This document shows positions 35,725 through 45,393 of a stretch of DNA of 64,000 nucleotides, in pieces. The stretch is from an uncultured virus (IMG/VR IMGVR_UViG_3300050503_000206). Its lineage: Duplodnaviria > Heunggongvirae > Uroviricota > Caudoviricetes. The notes beneath the pieces were generated by a model that saw only the letters and a program-made list of their open reading frames with translations, searched no databases and was not told the DNA's origin. The stretch's first letter is position 1. Every line of letters starts with the position of its first letter. The stretch lies in the IMG/VR virus record IMGVR_UViG_3300050503_000206, one strand, 5' to 3'. A program made the translations under genes and the position numbers.

Positions 35725-35918
35725 CACAGGCCTCCGAATCGGCGTGTCACCACGGCCCCCGCCACCAGGCTGGCGCGGCATTTCGGGCACGTCACTGCGC
35801 TCCAGTCGCCTTGCGCGACGCTGACCATCAGCGTTCCCCGCGATCCGCACTTCGTCGTCCTGCTGTCGAGACGGGCAAAATGCACGAGTTGACCGACGCG
35901 GCGGCGCTTCTTCTTCAT
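35724..35918 (-). CDS. Small zinc-binding hypothetical protein
   Basis: VH...CG...VTCPKC. Confidence 0.5.
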   Translation of the reverse strand: MKKKRRRVGQLVHFARLDSRTTKCGSRGTLMVSVAQGDWSAVTCPKCRASLVAGAVVTRRFGGL

Positions 35919-36466
35919 CGGATCCTCGTGGTCAGGATCTCGACCAGGCGATGGCCGTGTTCCGGTAGAAGCCCGAGCTCGAAGTCGGTATGGACGAAGC
36001 GCTCGCCGAACTCACGCGTGCGGCGATCGTGGATCGAGACCATGTCGTCGTCGTCGTCCACGATGGCGTACGAGTCCACGGGGTTGTTGCGGAGCCACTG
36101 GCAGATCTCGTAGCCGCGCGGGATGATGCGGTCCTGTCCGAGCGGGGACGCGTAGACGGCGTACTCGCCGTCGAGCTCGCGACGGACCGGCGTACGGCCG
36201 ATGATCTTGGCGACGGTCGAACCGCGCAGTCGCAACATCTCCTGCAGAGCCGACAGCGGCACCAGATCGCGCCATGCCGAGGACACCACGACGAAGCATC
36301 CGGCGCGCCGGCAGACCTCGTCGAGCACCGCGACCGCGTCGGGATCGATCATCTTGGCCCCGATGAGGTGTCCCGAGAATGCGGGTGCTTCATGTCGACG
36401 CCCAGAGCGGTGGTACTGCGCCGAGTTGAGCACGCCGTCGATGTCGAGGAAGAGCACGGATGTCAT
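35915..36466 (-). CDS. HAD-superfamily protein (Swiss-army-knife RNA-repair type)
   Basis: VLFLDIDGVLNS; VVVSSAWR; RGYEICQWL; YAIVDDDDD. Confidence 0.88.
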   Translation of the reverse strand: MTSVLFLDIDGVLNSAQYHRSGRRHEAPAFSGHLIGAKMIDPDAVAVLDEVCRRAGCFVVVSSAWRDLVPLSALQEMLRLRGSTVAKIIGRTPVRRELDGEYAVYASPLGQDRIIPRGYEICQWLRNNPVDSYAIVDDDDDMVSIHDRRTREFGERFVHTDFELGLLPEHGHRLVEILTTRIR

Positions 36467-36668
36467 GGGGAACTCGTTGGGAACGTGACACGGCCGAGCG
36501 AAGCCTCGACGATCTGACCGCTGCGAGGGGTCCACCGCCCGCGAAACTCGCCGAAGGCCTCGAGCGTCACGTGCATCGTTCCGGGTTCGAGATCCAAGGC
36601 CTTCTCGAGGCCGCGCGCGTGCGCGCGGCAGATCCGAGCGACCCACGACGGACAGAGGTAGCGGATCC

Positions 36669-37220
36669 TCATATCGTCCCCGCGCTCATGCGTCCGTTGA
36701 AGAGCTGCATCATCGCCTTGTAGAACTCCCAGTTCCACCGCGCGTCGGCGAGCGCGTTGTGCTGCTGCTCGGGCATCGGCGGTTTCACGTGCGCCGGCGA
36801 GTCGAGATGCATGAAGAACTGCTGCAGATCGAGGCACAGATGTCCGATGTGATCGGGCAAGTGCATCAAGCCGCCGAAGATCCGGCAGAACAGGTACCAG
36901 TCGTAGTCCGCAAAGTAGCCCCAGAACTGCGCCTTGGGATGCGTGCGCACGAATCGGAGGATCTTCATGCGCGCGCCCGCCATCGTGACGCGCTCGGACT
37001 TCGGCCACTTGAGCAGCGGCACGACGTGCTGGGACACCCACGGGTTTCGGGCGACGCGCGCCTCGTCGAAGAGAAACTCGAGGTAGAGGTGGCGCTCGTC
37101 GCCGCAGACCAGGCCCATGCTGATCGGGATCACATCGTGGCCGTTGTCGTCGAACTCGAAGTCGAGGAAGTAGGGCACGACCTCGCGCGAGGCGCGGGTG
37201 ATGACACGCTGGCTGCCCAC
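36669..37220 (-). CDS. DEDDh 3'-5' exonuclease (Rv2179c/DUF5051-like)
   Basis: YFLDFEF; ISMGLV; FWGYFADYDW; HNALADARW. Confidence 0.88.
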   Translation of the reverse strand: MGSQRVITRASREVVPYFLDFEFDDNGHDVIPISMGLVCGDERHLYLEFLFDEARVARNPWVSQHVVPLLKWPKSERVTMAGARMKILRFVRTHPKAQFWGYFADYDWYLFCRIFGGLMHLPDHIGHLCLDLQQFFMHLDSPAHVKPPMPEQQHNALADARWNWEFYKAMMQLFNGRMSAGTI

Positions 37221-37222
37221 CG

Positions 37223-38317
37223 TCAGTCCTCCACGCGCTTCGCAGGCGCGCCGTCGACCGTGAGCGAGCGGAAGTGGGTCGTCACGACATGCTCCGAGCC
37301 GACAGCGAAGTTGCCGAAGGTGTCGGCGTCGGCTTCGATCGTGACCTGCTCGTCGTCGTAGGTCAGCGTCACCCAGTAGTCTCCGAACCGGGTCTCGCGC
37401 TCGCGCTCGCCGGTGGGCAGCGCCTCGGCCATCGCGCCGCCCTCGGGCCAGTGGACGTCGTCGACGTCATCACCGGACGCACTGACCGTGCGCGCGTGTC
37501 CCCAGTCCCAGATCCGGTAGCGGATCCGTTCGGCATAGCGCGGCTCGCTGCGGTACCGGGGGACGTGACGGATCTTCCACTCGGTGCAGTAACGCGTCTC
37601 GCACGACTGGCCGCCGCCGCTGCAGGTGGTGCGGCACGTCGCGAATCCGTTGCCGTTGGGCGTGCAACTCTCGCTGCAGTGCTCGGGGAGTTGCCGGCAG
37701 TCCTGCCCGCAGGCCACCTGATCCGTGTAGCGCTCGGCGTCGTAGCCGTCGAACACCTGCTCGTGGTGGTGGAACTGCTGCCCGAGCGACTCGATGTCGA
37801 ATGCGTCGCGCGAGACGTCGTCGCGCCAGCCCTCGCGCGTGTAGATCTGGTAGCGCTCGACGAGGATCCGCTGCTCCCAGTGCACGGCGGTGACATGGGC
37901 ATCGTAGGTGCGCTCGCGGCCGACCCACGCCACGACGGCTGCAATCGCCAGAACGGCGACGGCGATCACCAACCCGATCGCGAACACGCGCTCGAGCGGG
38001 ATGTCGTAGTAGGCGGCCTGCGGTGCCGCAGGCCGGGGCGTCGATCTCGGACGCGGCCGGTCGCCGCACTGCACACAGTTGCCGTCGGTGCGCCGCTGAT
38101 CGCTGCCGCACGAGGTGCAGCGCCAGTTCGGACCCGCGGTGGCGATCCGCAAGAGCGCCGGATCCGTGACCGATGGCGCGACCGCGGTATTGGACGGCAT
38201 TTCGTAGTGCTCCGAGGCGTCCTTGGGGTCGCCGCAGCCCGTGCAGACCATGTTGCGCCCGAGGTTGGAACGCGAGCACGTCGAGCACCGCCACGTCATT
38301 TCGATCTGTCGGCTCAT
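37223..38317 (-). CDS. Membrane protein with N-terminal zinc ribbons and Cys-rich extracytoplasmic domain
   Basis: WRCSTC..N....CTGCG and WRCTSCG ribbons; TM; Cys-rich segment. Confidence 0.75.
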   Translation of the reverse strand: MSRQIEMTWRCSTCSRSNLGRNMVCTGCGDPKDASEHYEMPSNTAVAPSVTDPALLRIATAGPNWRCTSCGSDQRRTDGNCVQCGDRPRPRSTPRPAAPQAAYYDIPLERVFAIGLVIAVAVLAIAAVVAWVGRERTYDAHVTAVHWEQRILVERYQIYTREGWRDDVSRDAFDIESLGQQFHHHEQVFDGYDAERYTDQVACGQDCRQLPEHCSESCTPNGNGFATCRTTCSGGGQSCETRYCTEWKIRHVPRYRSEPRYAERIRYRIWDWGHARTVSASGDDVDDVHWPEGGAMAEALPTGERERETRFGDYWVTLTYDDEQVTIEADADTFGNFAVGSEHVVTTHFRSLTVDGAPAKRVED

Positions 38318-39309
38318 GCATCGTCTCCTATCAGTTCCATCTGGTCAGTTGGCAGCATCCGAAGTCGTCGAGGCTCGCCACGCGCAGCGATCCACGCCTC
38401 CCACGGGATCTTCTTGTCGTAGTGCCCGATCACCCACCGCTGGTACGCGACCAACTCGGGTGTCCGCGCAAACGGCATCGGATAGGGATCGGCCCCGAAC
38501 TCGCGCAGGCGAGTGCGCCGGTGCTCGCGGTCGTCGTGTGTCTCGTTCGGCCAGTAGCCGATGAGCATGTAGACCATGATCGAGCTCGGCGCGACGCCGG
38601 CGGCGACGAGTCGGTGCAGACCCGCGAACAGCCGCCGCTCGTCGCCCTTGCTGTCCCATGCGGTGTAGATCCGGCGCCGGCGCATGGCGTCGTCGCGGTA
38701 CTTCACGGACGCGACAGCGACCGCGACGTCGTCGTCGAGCACGCGCGCATTGATCCCCTGCGTGAAGCTGACCTCGAAGTCGCCCTCGCGGATCTCGGCG
38801 ATCCGCTCACGCCATGCCGGCTGGCCGAAGAAGTCGTTGTCGAGCAGGTGGAGTTGCCTCGGCCACGGCTCGCCGCGCCAGAGCTCCGCGACCGTCTGCT
38901 CTTGGCGAATCGGGCCCTCTTTGCGAGGTACGACGCAGAAGGGGCACTTGAGCCGACATCCGCGCTGTGTGAACCCGATGGAACGACGGAAGGTCGGGTA
39001 GACGGTGTAGTCCTGCTCGAGAGTCTCGACCCCTACGCTCTCGAGCGTGGTTGCGAGATCCCAGCCCGTACCGCCAACCACTGCGTCCGGGCGCGCCTGC
39101 AGGAGCGCCCGGGCCACGGGCTTGGTACGCTCGAAGATCAGCGACGCGTACACGCGATCAGGTTGCGTGCCTAGTTCGGGCTGCACGGCAGCTGCGTTGC
39201 CGACGCGGCGCAGCTCTACGTTGTCGCCGAGACCGCGATGATGCGCTGCGAGGCGCATCAGTGCCACGTTCGGAAGCGATCCGTCGAGCTGTAGCAGCAG
39301 GATCCTCAA
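38314..39309 (-). CDS. Radical SAM protein (phage type)
   Basis: RGCRLKCPFCVVP (CxxxCxxC); PNVALMRL; LLDNDFF; YMLIG. Confidence 0.88.
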   Translation of the reverse strand: MRILLLQLDGSLPNVALMRLAAHHRGLGDNVELRRVGNAAAVQPELGTQPDRVYASLIFERTKPVARALLQARPDAVVGGTGWDLATTLESVGVETLEQDYTVYPTFRRSIGFTQRGCRLKCPFCVVPRKEGPIRQEQTVAELWRGEPWPRQLHLLDNDFFGQPAWRERIAEIREGDFEVSFTQGINARVLDDDVAVAVASVKYRDDAMRRRRIYTAWDSKGDERRLFAGLHRLVAAGVAPSSIMVYMLIGYWPNETHDDREHRRTRLREFGADPYPMPFARTPELVAYQRWVIGHYDKKIPWEAWIAARGEPRRLRMLPTDQMELIGDDA

Positions 39310-39695
39310 TCTCCCTCCGAATCGCTCTTGGGCGCCCTGGGCTCCTGATCGCTCGCGTCGACGACCACGGCTTCGATGTTGCGGTTGAGCGCCACCATAT
39401 CCGGGTTGCCGATGACGGCTTCGCAGCGCTGCACGATCTGCTCGAGCACCGCCGGCGTGAGCACGACGTTCGCGTTCTCACCGGTCTTCTGCTGCAACGT
39501 CGAGAAACGCATGAACCACATGCACAGGTCCAGCGCCGGACCGAGGTTGGCGTGCAGCGACTCGGACCAGCCGGTCTTGAACGCGGCCGCCAGCATGCCG
39601 TGCCAATCGGGATTCAGTCGCGGACCGAGGTGCTCGAAGAATCGTGCGACCGCCTGCTCGAGCTTCTCGTCGCTGAACTCGATCTCGTGGGGCAT
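39306..39695 (-). CDS. Hypothetical protein
   Basis: Coupled ORF; GAGG RBS. Confidence 0.55.
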   Translation of the reverse strand: MPHEIEFSDEKLEQAVARFFEHLGPRLNPDWHGMLAAAFKTGWSESLHANLGPALDLCMWFMRFSTLQQKTGENANVVLTPAVLEQIVQRCEAVIGNPDMVALNRNIEAVVVDASDQEPRAPKSDSEGD

Positions 39696-40003
39696 CAGAG
39701 TCCTCGCCTCGACGTCTTCGCGCGCTTGATCATGCGGCGCAACGACTTCGCGACGGGGTGGCCGGTCGGGATCGCGACGACGATGGTTCCGTCAGGCTCG
39801 TACTGCGCGAGGATTGTGTGCCGACCGACGACGGCCCGCACGTCGCCGTGCACGAGTTCCGAGATCGTGTATGCGCCCTCGAGCACGGGCGCCGAGACTT
39901 CGTTGCTGCTCTGCGACGACCCGCCTTGATACGTGCCGCGAAGGAGCACGGCCTCGATGCCCTGGTGGGCGGTGAGGCGATTGAGGATGATCTGCGTGTT
40001 CAT
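39695..40003 (-). CDS. Hypothetical protein (roadblock-like size)
   Basis: AAGG RBS; TGATG coupling. Confidence 0.5.
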   Translation of the reverse strand: MNTQIILNRLTAHQGIEAVLLRGTYQGGSSQSSNEVSAPVLEGAYTISELVHGDVRAVVGRHTILAQYEPDGTIVVAIPTGHPVAKSLRRMIKRAKTSRRGL

Positions 40004-40414
40004 GGTGCCTTTCGAGTTACGGATTCGTGGACGCGCTTGCGTTCGAACCTGCGCGTCCGATTCGCCGCCCATTCGATGCACGCGGCGATGGAGACATCTT
40101 TGGCGAGAGATCGATCGTAGGAGCGACCGCACGGTTCGCACAGCGGGATACCTACCATGGGGCGTTCGCGACACACGACGCACAGGGCCTTCATGGAGAG
40201 ACTCGTTTCTGCGGATCGTTGGCGGCGGCGACCGCCACGTAAACTGCGAGGTCGACCGCCCGAGTCCCGAGCTGCCGCGGCACCGTGATCAAGCGTGCCG
40301 GCTCGTTCGCCGACCACGAGCGCACACACGTGCCACGATGGTCCCGCGCGGCCCACAGGCCGCCGCGGCGGATCCAGTGCCACGGGGCTGGCAGGGGGAA
40401 TCGGGGTTGGTCGT

Positions 40415-41281
40415 TCACCGGGTGGCCCGCCTGAGTGCGCGCACCGTGCTCGTGAGCTCGTCGAGGCGCCCGCGGTGCTCCGCGACCGCGTCGGCGTCAT
40501 GGCGCGCTTCTGCGCCCGCGAGCGCCGTCTGGATCTTTCGCGCGCGCTCCTCGAGCTGCGTCGCGAGCGTTCGCGAGGCAACCCGGGTGGGCTCGACCCC
40601 GACGAGGACCTCGGTGGCGAGCTCGAACAGGAGCTTCGCCAACGTCAGGTCGTCGAGCTCGCCGACGTCCGCGTCGGCCAAGAGCGCCTGCTGCACCAAG
40701 CGGGACGCCACCCGCTGCAGGGATCCGCGCACGGGCCCCACGCACATGGCCGCGTGCGCGCCGGCGATCAGATCGGCGGTGCGACGCCGTCGGTCGACCC
40801 GCAGCGCGTCGGCGATCTCGGCGAGCCGGTCGGCGCTCCACTCCACGCGGTCGAACGCGTCGTCGGTCGGCGCCGCCTTGGACTCGGCGCTGTCCACCTT
40901 GGTCGTGGGCGCATCGAGCATGGTCGTGGGCTCGCGGGGGACGTTGGTGGGCACGTCGCGTGGGCTGTCGACGAACGGAGGCTCGGTGAGTTTCTCCGTG
41001 TCGGCGCTGCGGTGCGGCTGCGTCGACGCATCGACGGCGACGGTGAGCCCCGGCGGCTCGGACAACGACTCGGAGACCTCGGGCGGAGAGGGCTCGCGCG
41101 CGCCCAACTTGCGCCGCGACACCGGCGTGTTCTCTTCGACGATCCGCCCTTCGCGGTCGACGAACTTCGCGACATGGTCGCGGTTCGTGATGATGGCTCC
41201 CGTCTGCGACCGATCCGCGGGCGGCACCCAGTCGGGGCCACCTTGGACGACGACCTTGGGAGGCTTGTCGTGGCTCACCAT
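40415..41281 (-). CDS. Hypothetical protein, disordered N-half and helical C-half
   Basis: 288 aa ORF in operon. Confidence 0.55.
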   Translation of the reverse strand: MVSHDKPPKVVVQGGPDWVPPADRSQTGAIITNRDHVAKFVDREGRIVEENTPVSRRKLGAREPSPPEVSESLSEPPGLTVAVDASTQPHRSADTEKLTEPPFVDSPRDVPTNVPREPTTMLDAPTTKVDSAESKAAPTDDAFDRVEWSADRLAEIADALRVDRRRRTADLIAGAHAAMCVGPVRGSLQRVASRLVQQALLADADVGELDDLTLAKLLFELATEVLVGVEPTRVASRTLATQLEERARKIQTALAGAEARHDADAVAEHRGRLDELTSTVRALRRATR

Positions 41282-41284
41282 GGG

Positions 41285-41593
41285 TCAGATCCCTCCCGCG
41301 GGGCAACCGCGATCCTTCCACGTGCCGAGGCGCTCGAAGGTTTTCTCGAGCTGGTCGCAGACGAAGCTCACGGCCTCTTCGACCGGAGAGTCGCCCCCGA
41401 TACCGATCCCGAGCACGTCGCACAGGGTCGCGTGCAGTTCCTTGGCGGACTGTGTGAGCGCGTCGATCCACGCCTTCTCCGGGGGAGACGTGACGTTGCG
41501 GACGATCGCGTTCATGCGCTCGCACTGCGCTTGAAGCTTGCCGAGCGTGTCGGCGATGATGGAGTCGATCTCTTTGGTGTCCGAGTTGATCAT
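41285..41593 (-). CDS. Helical hypothetical protein
   Basis: AAGGA RBS; ATGA coupling. Confidence 0.5.
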   Translation of the reverse strand: MINSDTKEIDSIIADTLGKLQAQCERMNAIVRNVTSPPEKAWIDALTQSAKELHATLCDVLGIGIGGDSPVEEAVSFVCDQLEKTFERLGTWKDRGCPAGGI

Positions 41594-42186
41594 GGCGTTC
41601 CTTTCAGGTTGAGCCTCACGCCAGGCATGCGTGGGGTGTTGCACCGGACTCCCGCAGACGCGGCATTGCAGAACTGGTGAGGTGATCCGGCAGGGACAGA
41701 CACAGGTGGGATCCGCGAACGCCACATGAGGCGATGGCGAAGCAGGAAGCGAAGGAGCGGTAGCGATCCGCGCTTGGAGTTGCAGTCGCGGCAGCAGTCG
41801 GGCAGCACGTCCTCGGGATTGCGCAGGTGGCTGGGCACGGTCGATCGCGGCACGATGTGCTCGCGCGTCGCGTCCGTGCCCCGGTGGGGCAGCTGCGGAT
41901 CCTCGCGGTGGGTGAGAAGTCGACCGCAGTAGCAGCACCACGGCAGCGCGGCACCGTTGCCCGAGTACGGTTGCAGGCGACGATTCGCCGTCGACTCGCG
42001 CTCGAGCCGAATGCGGATCTGCAGCATGCGGTGTCCCTGACGGCGATGCGATGGATGCCACGTCTCCTCGTGCGCGCGCAGGCGCGGGCGCGTGAGCAGC
42101 GGCAGAGCGATGCGGTGGAGATCCGCGAAGACGATCGACGGCACGAACTGAGATCGATCCGGCCGGGGCTTGTAACGGACGATCAC
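41590..42186 (-). CDS. HNH endonuclease (HNH_5/McrA-like)
   Basis: CCYCG...TREHIVPRS...CCRDCNSKRG. Confidence 0.75.
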   Translation of the reverse strand: MIVRYKPRPDRSQFVPSIVFADLHRIALPLLTRPRLRAHEETWHPSHRRQGHRMLQIRIRLERESTANRRLQPYSGNGAALPWCCYCGRLLTHREDPQLPHRGTDATREHIVPRSTVPSHLRNPEDVLPDCCRDCNSKRGSLPLLRFLLRHRLMWRSRIPPVSVPAGSPHQFCNAASAGVRCNTPRMPGVRLNLKGTP

Positions 42187-42686
42187 GGCCACCTCTGCAA
42201 CGTGAGATCCGCCGGCAGGTAGAGCGGGTGTTCGGGCTGCGGTCGCGGGCCCGTGGTCATCCGCAGGCACCACAGCGGCTGAGCGCTTGCGCGGAGCACC
42301 TTCGTGACGTCGTAGACGCGATCGCGCTTGGGGATCGCGCCCCACGCGACGACCATCCCGTCCGTGGAGCGGCGGATCTGGTCGAGGTACGTGTCGTTTT
42401 CGGGACCGACCGGATCCTTCGCGGCCCACAACCCCTTGGGCTTCGTGCTCTTGAATCCGTACGCGTTGCCGAGGATGAAGCCGCCGAAGCCGAAGCGGCT
42501 CGAGAAGTCGACCACACGCCACGTGGTCGGGTCGAGTTCCTTCATGTCGGCCGTCGACGGATTGCAAGCGCACCAGCCCAGGACAGGCAGGTTCTCGTCC
42601 CAGATCCGACCGAGCTCGTAGCGGTACAGGCCGCACTCACTGAAGGTCGCCCAGAGCTTCGTGAACATGCTGTCGTCGCGGGTCAC
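42183..42686 (-). CDS. DUF1643 family protein
   Basis: FSECGLYRYELGRIW; NPSTAD..DPT; VVAWG; PEHPLY. Confidence 0.88.
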   Translation of the reverse strand: MTRDDSMFTKLWATFSECGLYRYELGRIWDENLPVLGWCACNPSTADMKELDPTTWRVVDFSSRFGFGGFILGNAYGFKSTKPKGLWAAKDPVGPENDTYLDQIRRSTDGMVVAWGAIPKRDRVYDVTKVLRASAQPLWCLRMTTGPRPQPEHPLYLPADLTLQRWP

Positions 42687-43312
42687 GGATCCTCCGACGT
42701 CGGCCGCGTGACGCGCTCGAGCATTCTCGTGGCCGCTGCGATCGCCACGCTGAACGCGGAGTGACGGATCGCGTCGGCGGTATCTCGGATCCGCTCGAGG
42801 AGACGGATGGGGACGTCGCGCAACGTGTCCGGCTCGTGGACGCGAAGGCCCCAGTAGTGGACGTCGACGACGAGCATGGTCTCGCCGTTGAGCAGCTTCA
42901 CCCACAACGGTTCCGCGCTGCCGAGCACGAGCACGACCTCGGGTGTGCTGTGCTCGTACGGCCAGCACCAGTACCAGTGCCCTTGGCGGATGTCGCGGAG
43001 GTTCATGGGCTCTGCACCCTTGGGGATCGTGCGCGCCGCGGTCCACCGCGTCTCGTTCGTCGATCTCCAGTACGTGATGTCGTCGGCACTGTCTCCGGTG
43101 AACTCCCAGACCAGCGTGCCATTGGGTTCGTAGATCTCCGAGATGTAGTCCCAATCGTCGCAATCGTTGAAGACCACGACGAGGTGGCCTTCGGCGCTGC
43201 GGAAGTGGACGTCGCCCGCGTACACGTCGTTCCAGCCACGTCCCTCGATCCAGAAGTCGAGCTCGCCACTGTCCATGCGTCGCAGTAGTTCCAAGATGTC
43301 GTCCGTCGTCAT
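42683..43312 (-). CDS. Hypothetical protein
   Basis: GAGG RBS; coupled. Confidence 0.55.
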   Translation of the reverse strand: MTTDDILELLRRMDSGELDFWIEGRGWNDVYAGDVHFRSAEGHLVVVFNDCDDWDYISEIYEPNGTLVWEFTGDSADDITYWRSTNETRWTAARTIPKGAEPMNLRDIRQGHWYWCWPYEHSTPEVVLVLGSAEPLWVKLLNGETMLVVDVHYWGLRVHEPDTLRDVPIRLLERIRDTADAIRHSAFSVAIAAATRMLERVTRPTSEDP

Positions 43313-43698
43313 CGCGCGTCCTCGCAGGCTTCGACAGTCGCGGCGAACTGCCGCGTGCATGCGTCGATCGCCGAGGGGTCAGCACCGGACTGCTCGGTGC
43401 AGTTATGTAGGAAGGTTTGCGCTCGGTCCCGGCACATGTTGCAGTCCAACGACGTCACGATCGCAGCGGACAGAGCGGTGATGGCGATCGCCACGAAGCA
43501 CCCGAGCACGATGCGCCCGAAGGCATGCCACTTCGCGCGTTCGGCAAGGCGGGCTTCGGCCCGTCGCTCGGCAGCGCGTCGATCCTGGCGCTCGCGCTCG
43601 AGCCGGTCGTTGCGCTCCAAGGCCTCGGCACGCGTCTTCGCGTCGAGGCCGACCTCGGCGTCCTGCACGGTCCGGACGATCTCGTCGGCAACGCTCAT
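43309..43698 (-). CDS. Single-TM membrane protein
   Basis: Coiled coil followed by [21 protein letters not shown]. Confidence 0.6.
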   Translation of the reverse strand: MSVADEIVRTVQDAEVGLDAKTRAEALERNDRLERERQDRRAAERRAEARLAERAKWHAFGRIVLGCFVAIAITALSAAIVTSLDCNMCRDRAQTFLHNCTEQSGADPSAIDACTRQFAATVEACEDAR

Positions 43699-43952
43699 GG
43701 TTCCTTCTCCGGACGGAGCGCCATGACGACCTTACCGCCATCGATCGGCAACACGTACGTCACGCGAAATCGCATCGGGGTGTAGGTGCCATCGCGGCGC
43801 GCGGTGTAGCAGCAGTGACCCTGGTCCCAGCGTTTGAGCAGCAGCACGTCGCCCTTCTGGAACCCGCGGTCGTTGACGCGGATCTCGAACGTCTTGTCGC
43901 CGTCCTCGATGGCGTCGAAGAACTCCGGCCAGCACTTGAGCTCGTGTGTCAT
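43695..43952 (-). CDS. ASCH/PUA-like (DUF3850) protein
   Basis: [37 protein letters not shown]. Confidence 0.88.
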   Translation of the reverse strand: MTHELKCWPEFFDAIEDGDKTFEIRVNDRGFQKGDVLLLKRWDQGHCCYTARRDGTYTPMRFRVTYVLPIDGGKVVMALRPEKEP

Positions 43953-44100
43953 CGCGCCTCCGTGCAGTCGTCGCGGACTTCCTTGTCGCATCCGTCTCCG
44001 CGACACGTCCGACACGTTGCCGAGTGCGGCCCCGCTTCGCAGTCACGACACGGGCACGGACCCATGAAGTGCACGGGACACACGCGGAGGTAGCGGATCT

Positions 44101-44598
44101 TCACGGCTGGACTCCCGGCGGCGGCTCACCGGGAGCCAAGGGCGTCGTGTCGACGGCCCTGGGCTCGCCGAGCGGTCGCGAGACCATCCACGCGCAGAGC
44201 AACTCGAGGAAGCCAGGGAAGTGACCTCCGAAGGCTTTCGCGGCCGAGCTGAGTGCAGCTTCGATCCGGTCGTTCTCGTAGTAGGATCCCGACGGCATGT
44301 TGTAGTAGTTCGGATCGAGGATCTGTCGCATCCGCGCGATGAGCGTGTCGCGCCACGCCTCGGTTTCGGCGCGGACGTCCTTGGCCGCGTCTTCGAAGAG
44401 CATGGGTGCTCGAGTGACGGGCGTGTCGGCCATCGGCGCATACGGTACGTCGTATGCGAACACGGCCGGCAGATCGGTCACCTCGCCGGGATGCGGCCCG
44501 TAGCGCTTCATCGTACCGATCCCCATCGCCGCGCAGAACTTCTCGTCGATGTAGAGGTGGATCTGATCACCGTAGGTCCTGAGTTCGACGCGTTCCAT
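44101..44598 (-). CDS. Hypothetical protein
   Basis: Coupled ORF starting MERVELR. Confidence 0.5.
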   Translation of the reverse strand: MERVELRTYGDQIHLYIDEKFCAAMGIGTMKRYGPHPGEVTDLPAVFAYDVPYAPMADTPVTRAPMLFEDAAKDVRAETEAWRDTLIARMRQILDPNYYNMPSGSYYENDRIEAALSSAAKAFGGHFPGFLELLCAWMVSRPLGEPRAVDTTPLAPGEPPPGVQP

Positions 44599-44813
44599 CA
44601 CTTCGTCTCCATCTTGAGTTGCATGTCGTCGTAGACGCGGGCGCAGCAGTGCGCGATCTGGAAGATGATGCCCACGGGCTCGGGCTTGCGTACCGCCGAG
44701 TGCACGATGGTCCACAGGTAGGCGTTGAGCGTAGCGTGCCGGATCTTGCCGTCGACGCGCAGTGCTTCGGCACCGGCCGTGATCTTCTCGATGAGGATCT
44801 TGTCGCTGTCCAT
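44598..44813 (-). CDS. Small hypothetical protein
   Basis: AGGAG RBS. Confidence 0.5.
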   Translation of the reverse strand: MDSDKILIEKITAGAEALRVDGKIRHATLNAYLWTIVHSAVRKPEPVGIIFQIAHCCARVYDDMQLKMETK

Positions 44814-44820
44814 GGGTCTC

Positions 44821-45051
44821 CTATCGGGCTTCGCGCTCGGCTTGGTCGACGTCGTCGATTACGGTCTCGTCGTGATCATCGCGAGCCGCCATGCGCTCGG
44901 CGTGCGTGACGGCGACCTCGGCGAGGTTCACGAGCGTTTTGAGATCGCCGTAGGCAACCGATGCGGTCACGCGTTCTCCGGCCGGACGCTTCTTCGTCTC
45001 CACCTTGATGCGCATGCGCGAGATGAGATCTTCGAGTTTGGGATACCTCAT
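44821..45051 (-). CDS. Small hypothetical protein
   Basis: ATGA coupling. Confidence 0.5.
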   Translation of the reverse strand: MRYPKLEDLISRMRIKVETKKRPAGERVTASVAYGDLKTLVNLAEVAVTHAERMAARDDHDETVIDDVDQAEREAR

Positions 45052-45299
45052 GACTGATGATCCGTGTCGTATCGAGTCCAAGCGGCGGCGAGCGGCAAGA
45101 AGAGCATCATCCCGTAGGGGTCAGGATCATCGATCGGGCAGACATCTCCGATCTCTGTTCCGTAGCACCACCGCGTCCCCGGCGGTGGCATGAGCCGCTC
45201 TTCGGGCAAGACATGTTTCCACACCGAACGAAGCGTCGACAGACGTGGCGCTTTCCAGCCTTTGCGGACGACGATGGCGTCTCTGCTCACTCTGCTCAT
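45048..45299 (-). CDS. Small hypothetical protein
   Basis: AAGGA RBS immediately after the tRNA CCA end. Confidence 0.45.
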   Translation of the reverse strand: MSRVSRDAIVVRKGWKAPRLSTLRSVWKHVLPEERLMPPPGTRWCYGTEIGDVCPIDDPDPYGMMLFLPLAAAWTRYDTDHQS

Positions 45300-45309
45300 G
45301 GTGTGTCCT

Positions 45310-45385
45310 TGGTGCCCCAGGCAGGGATCGAACCTGCGACGCGCGGATCTTCAACCCGCCGCTCTACCAACTGAGCTACCGGGGC
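45310..45385 (-). tRNA. trnF: tRNA-Phe (GAA), CCA encoded
   Basis: GCCCCGGTAGCTCAGTTGGTAGAGCGGCGGGTTGAAGATCCGCGCGTCGCAGGTTCGATCCCTGCCTGGGGCACCA: 76-nt cloverleaf, anticodon loop TTGAAGA. Confidence 0.93.
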
Positions 45386-45393
45386 GTCGTCCA

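Noticed and set aside
45310..45385. tRNA as prophage attachment site or host boundary
   Set aside because: No duplicated tRNA 3' end is seen in the window, the recombinase is 26 kb away, and phage-like genes continue on both sides.
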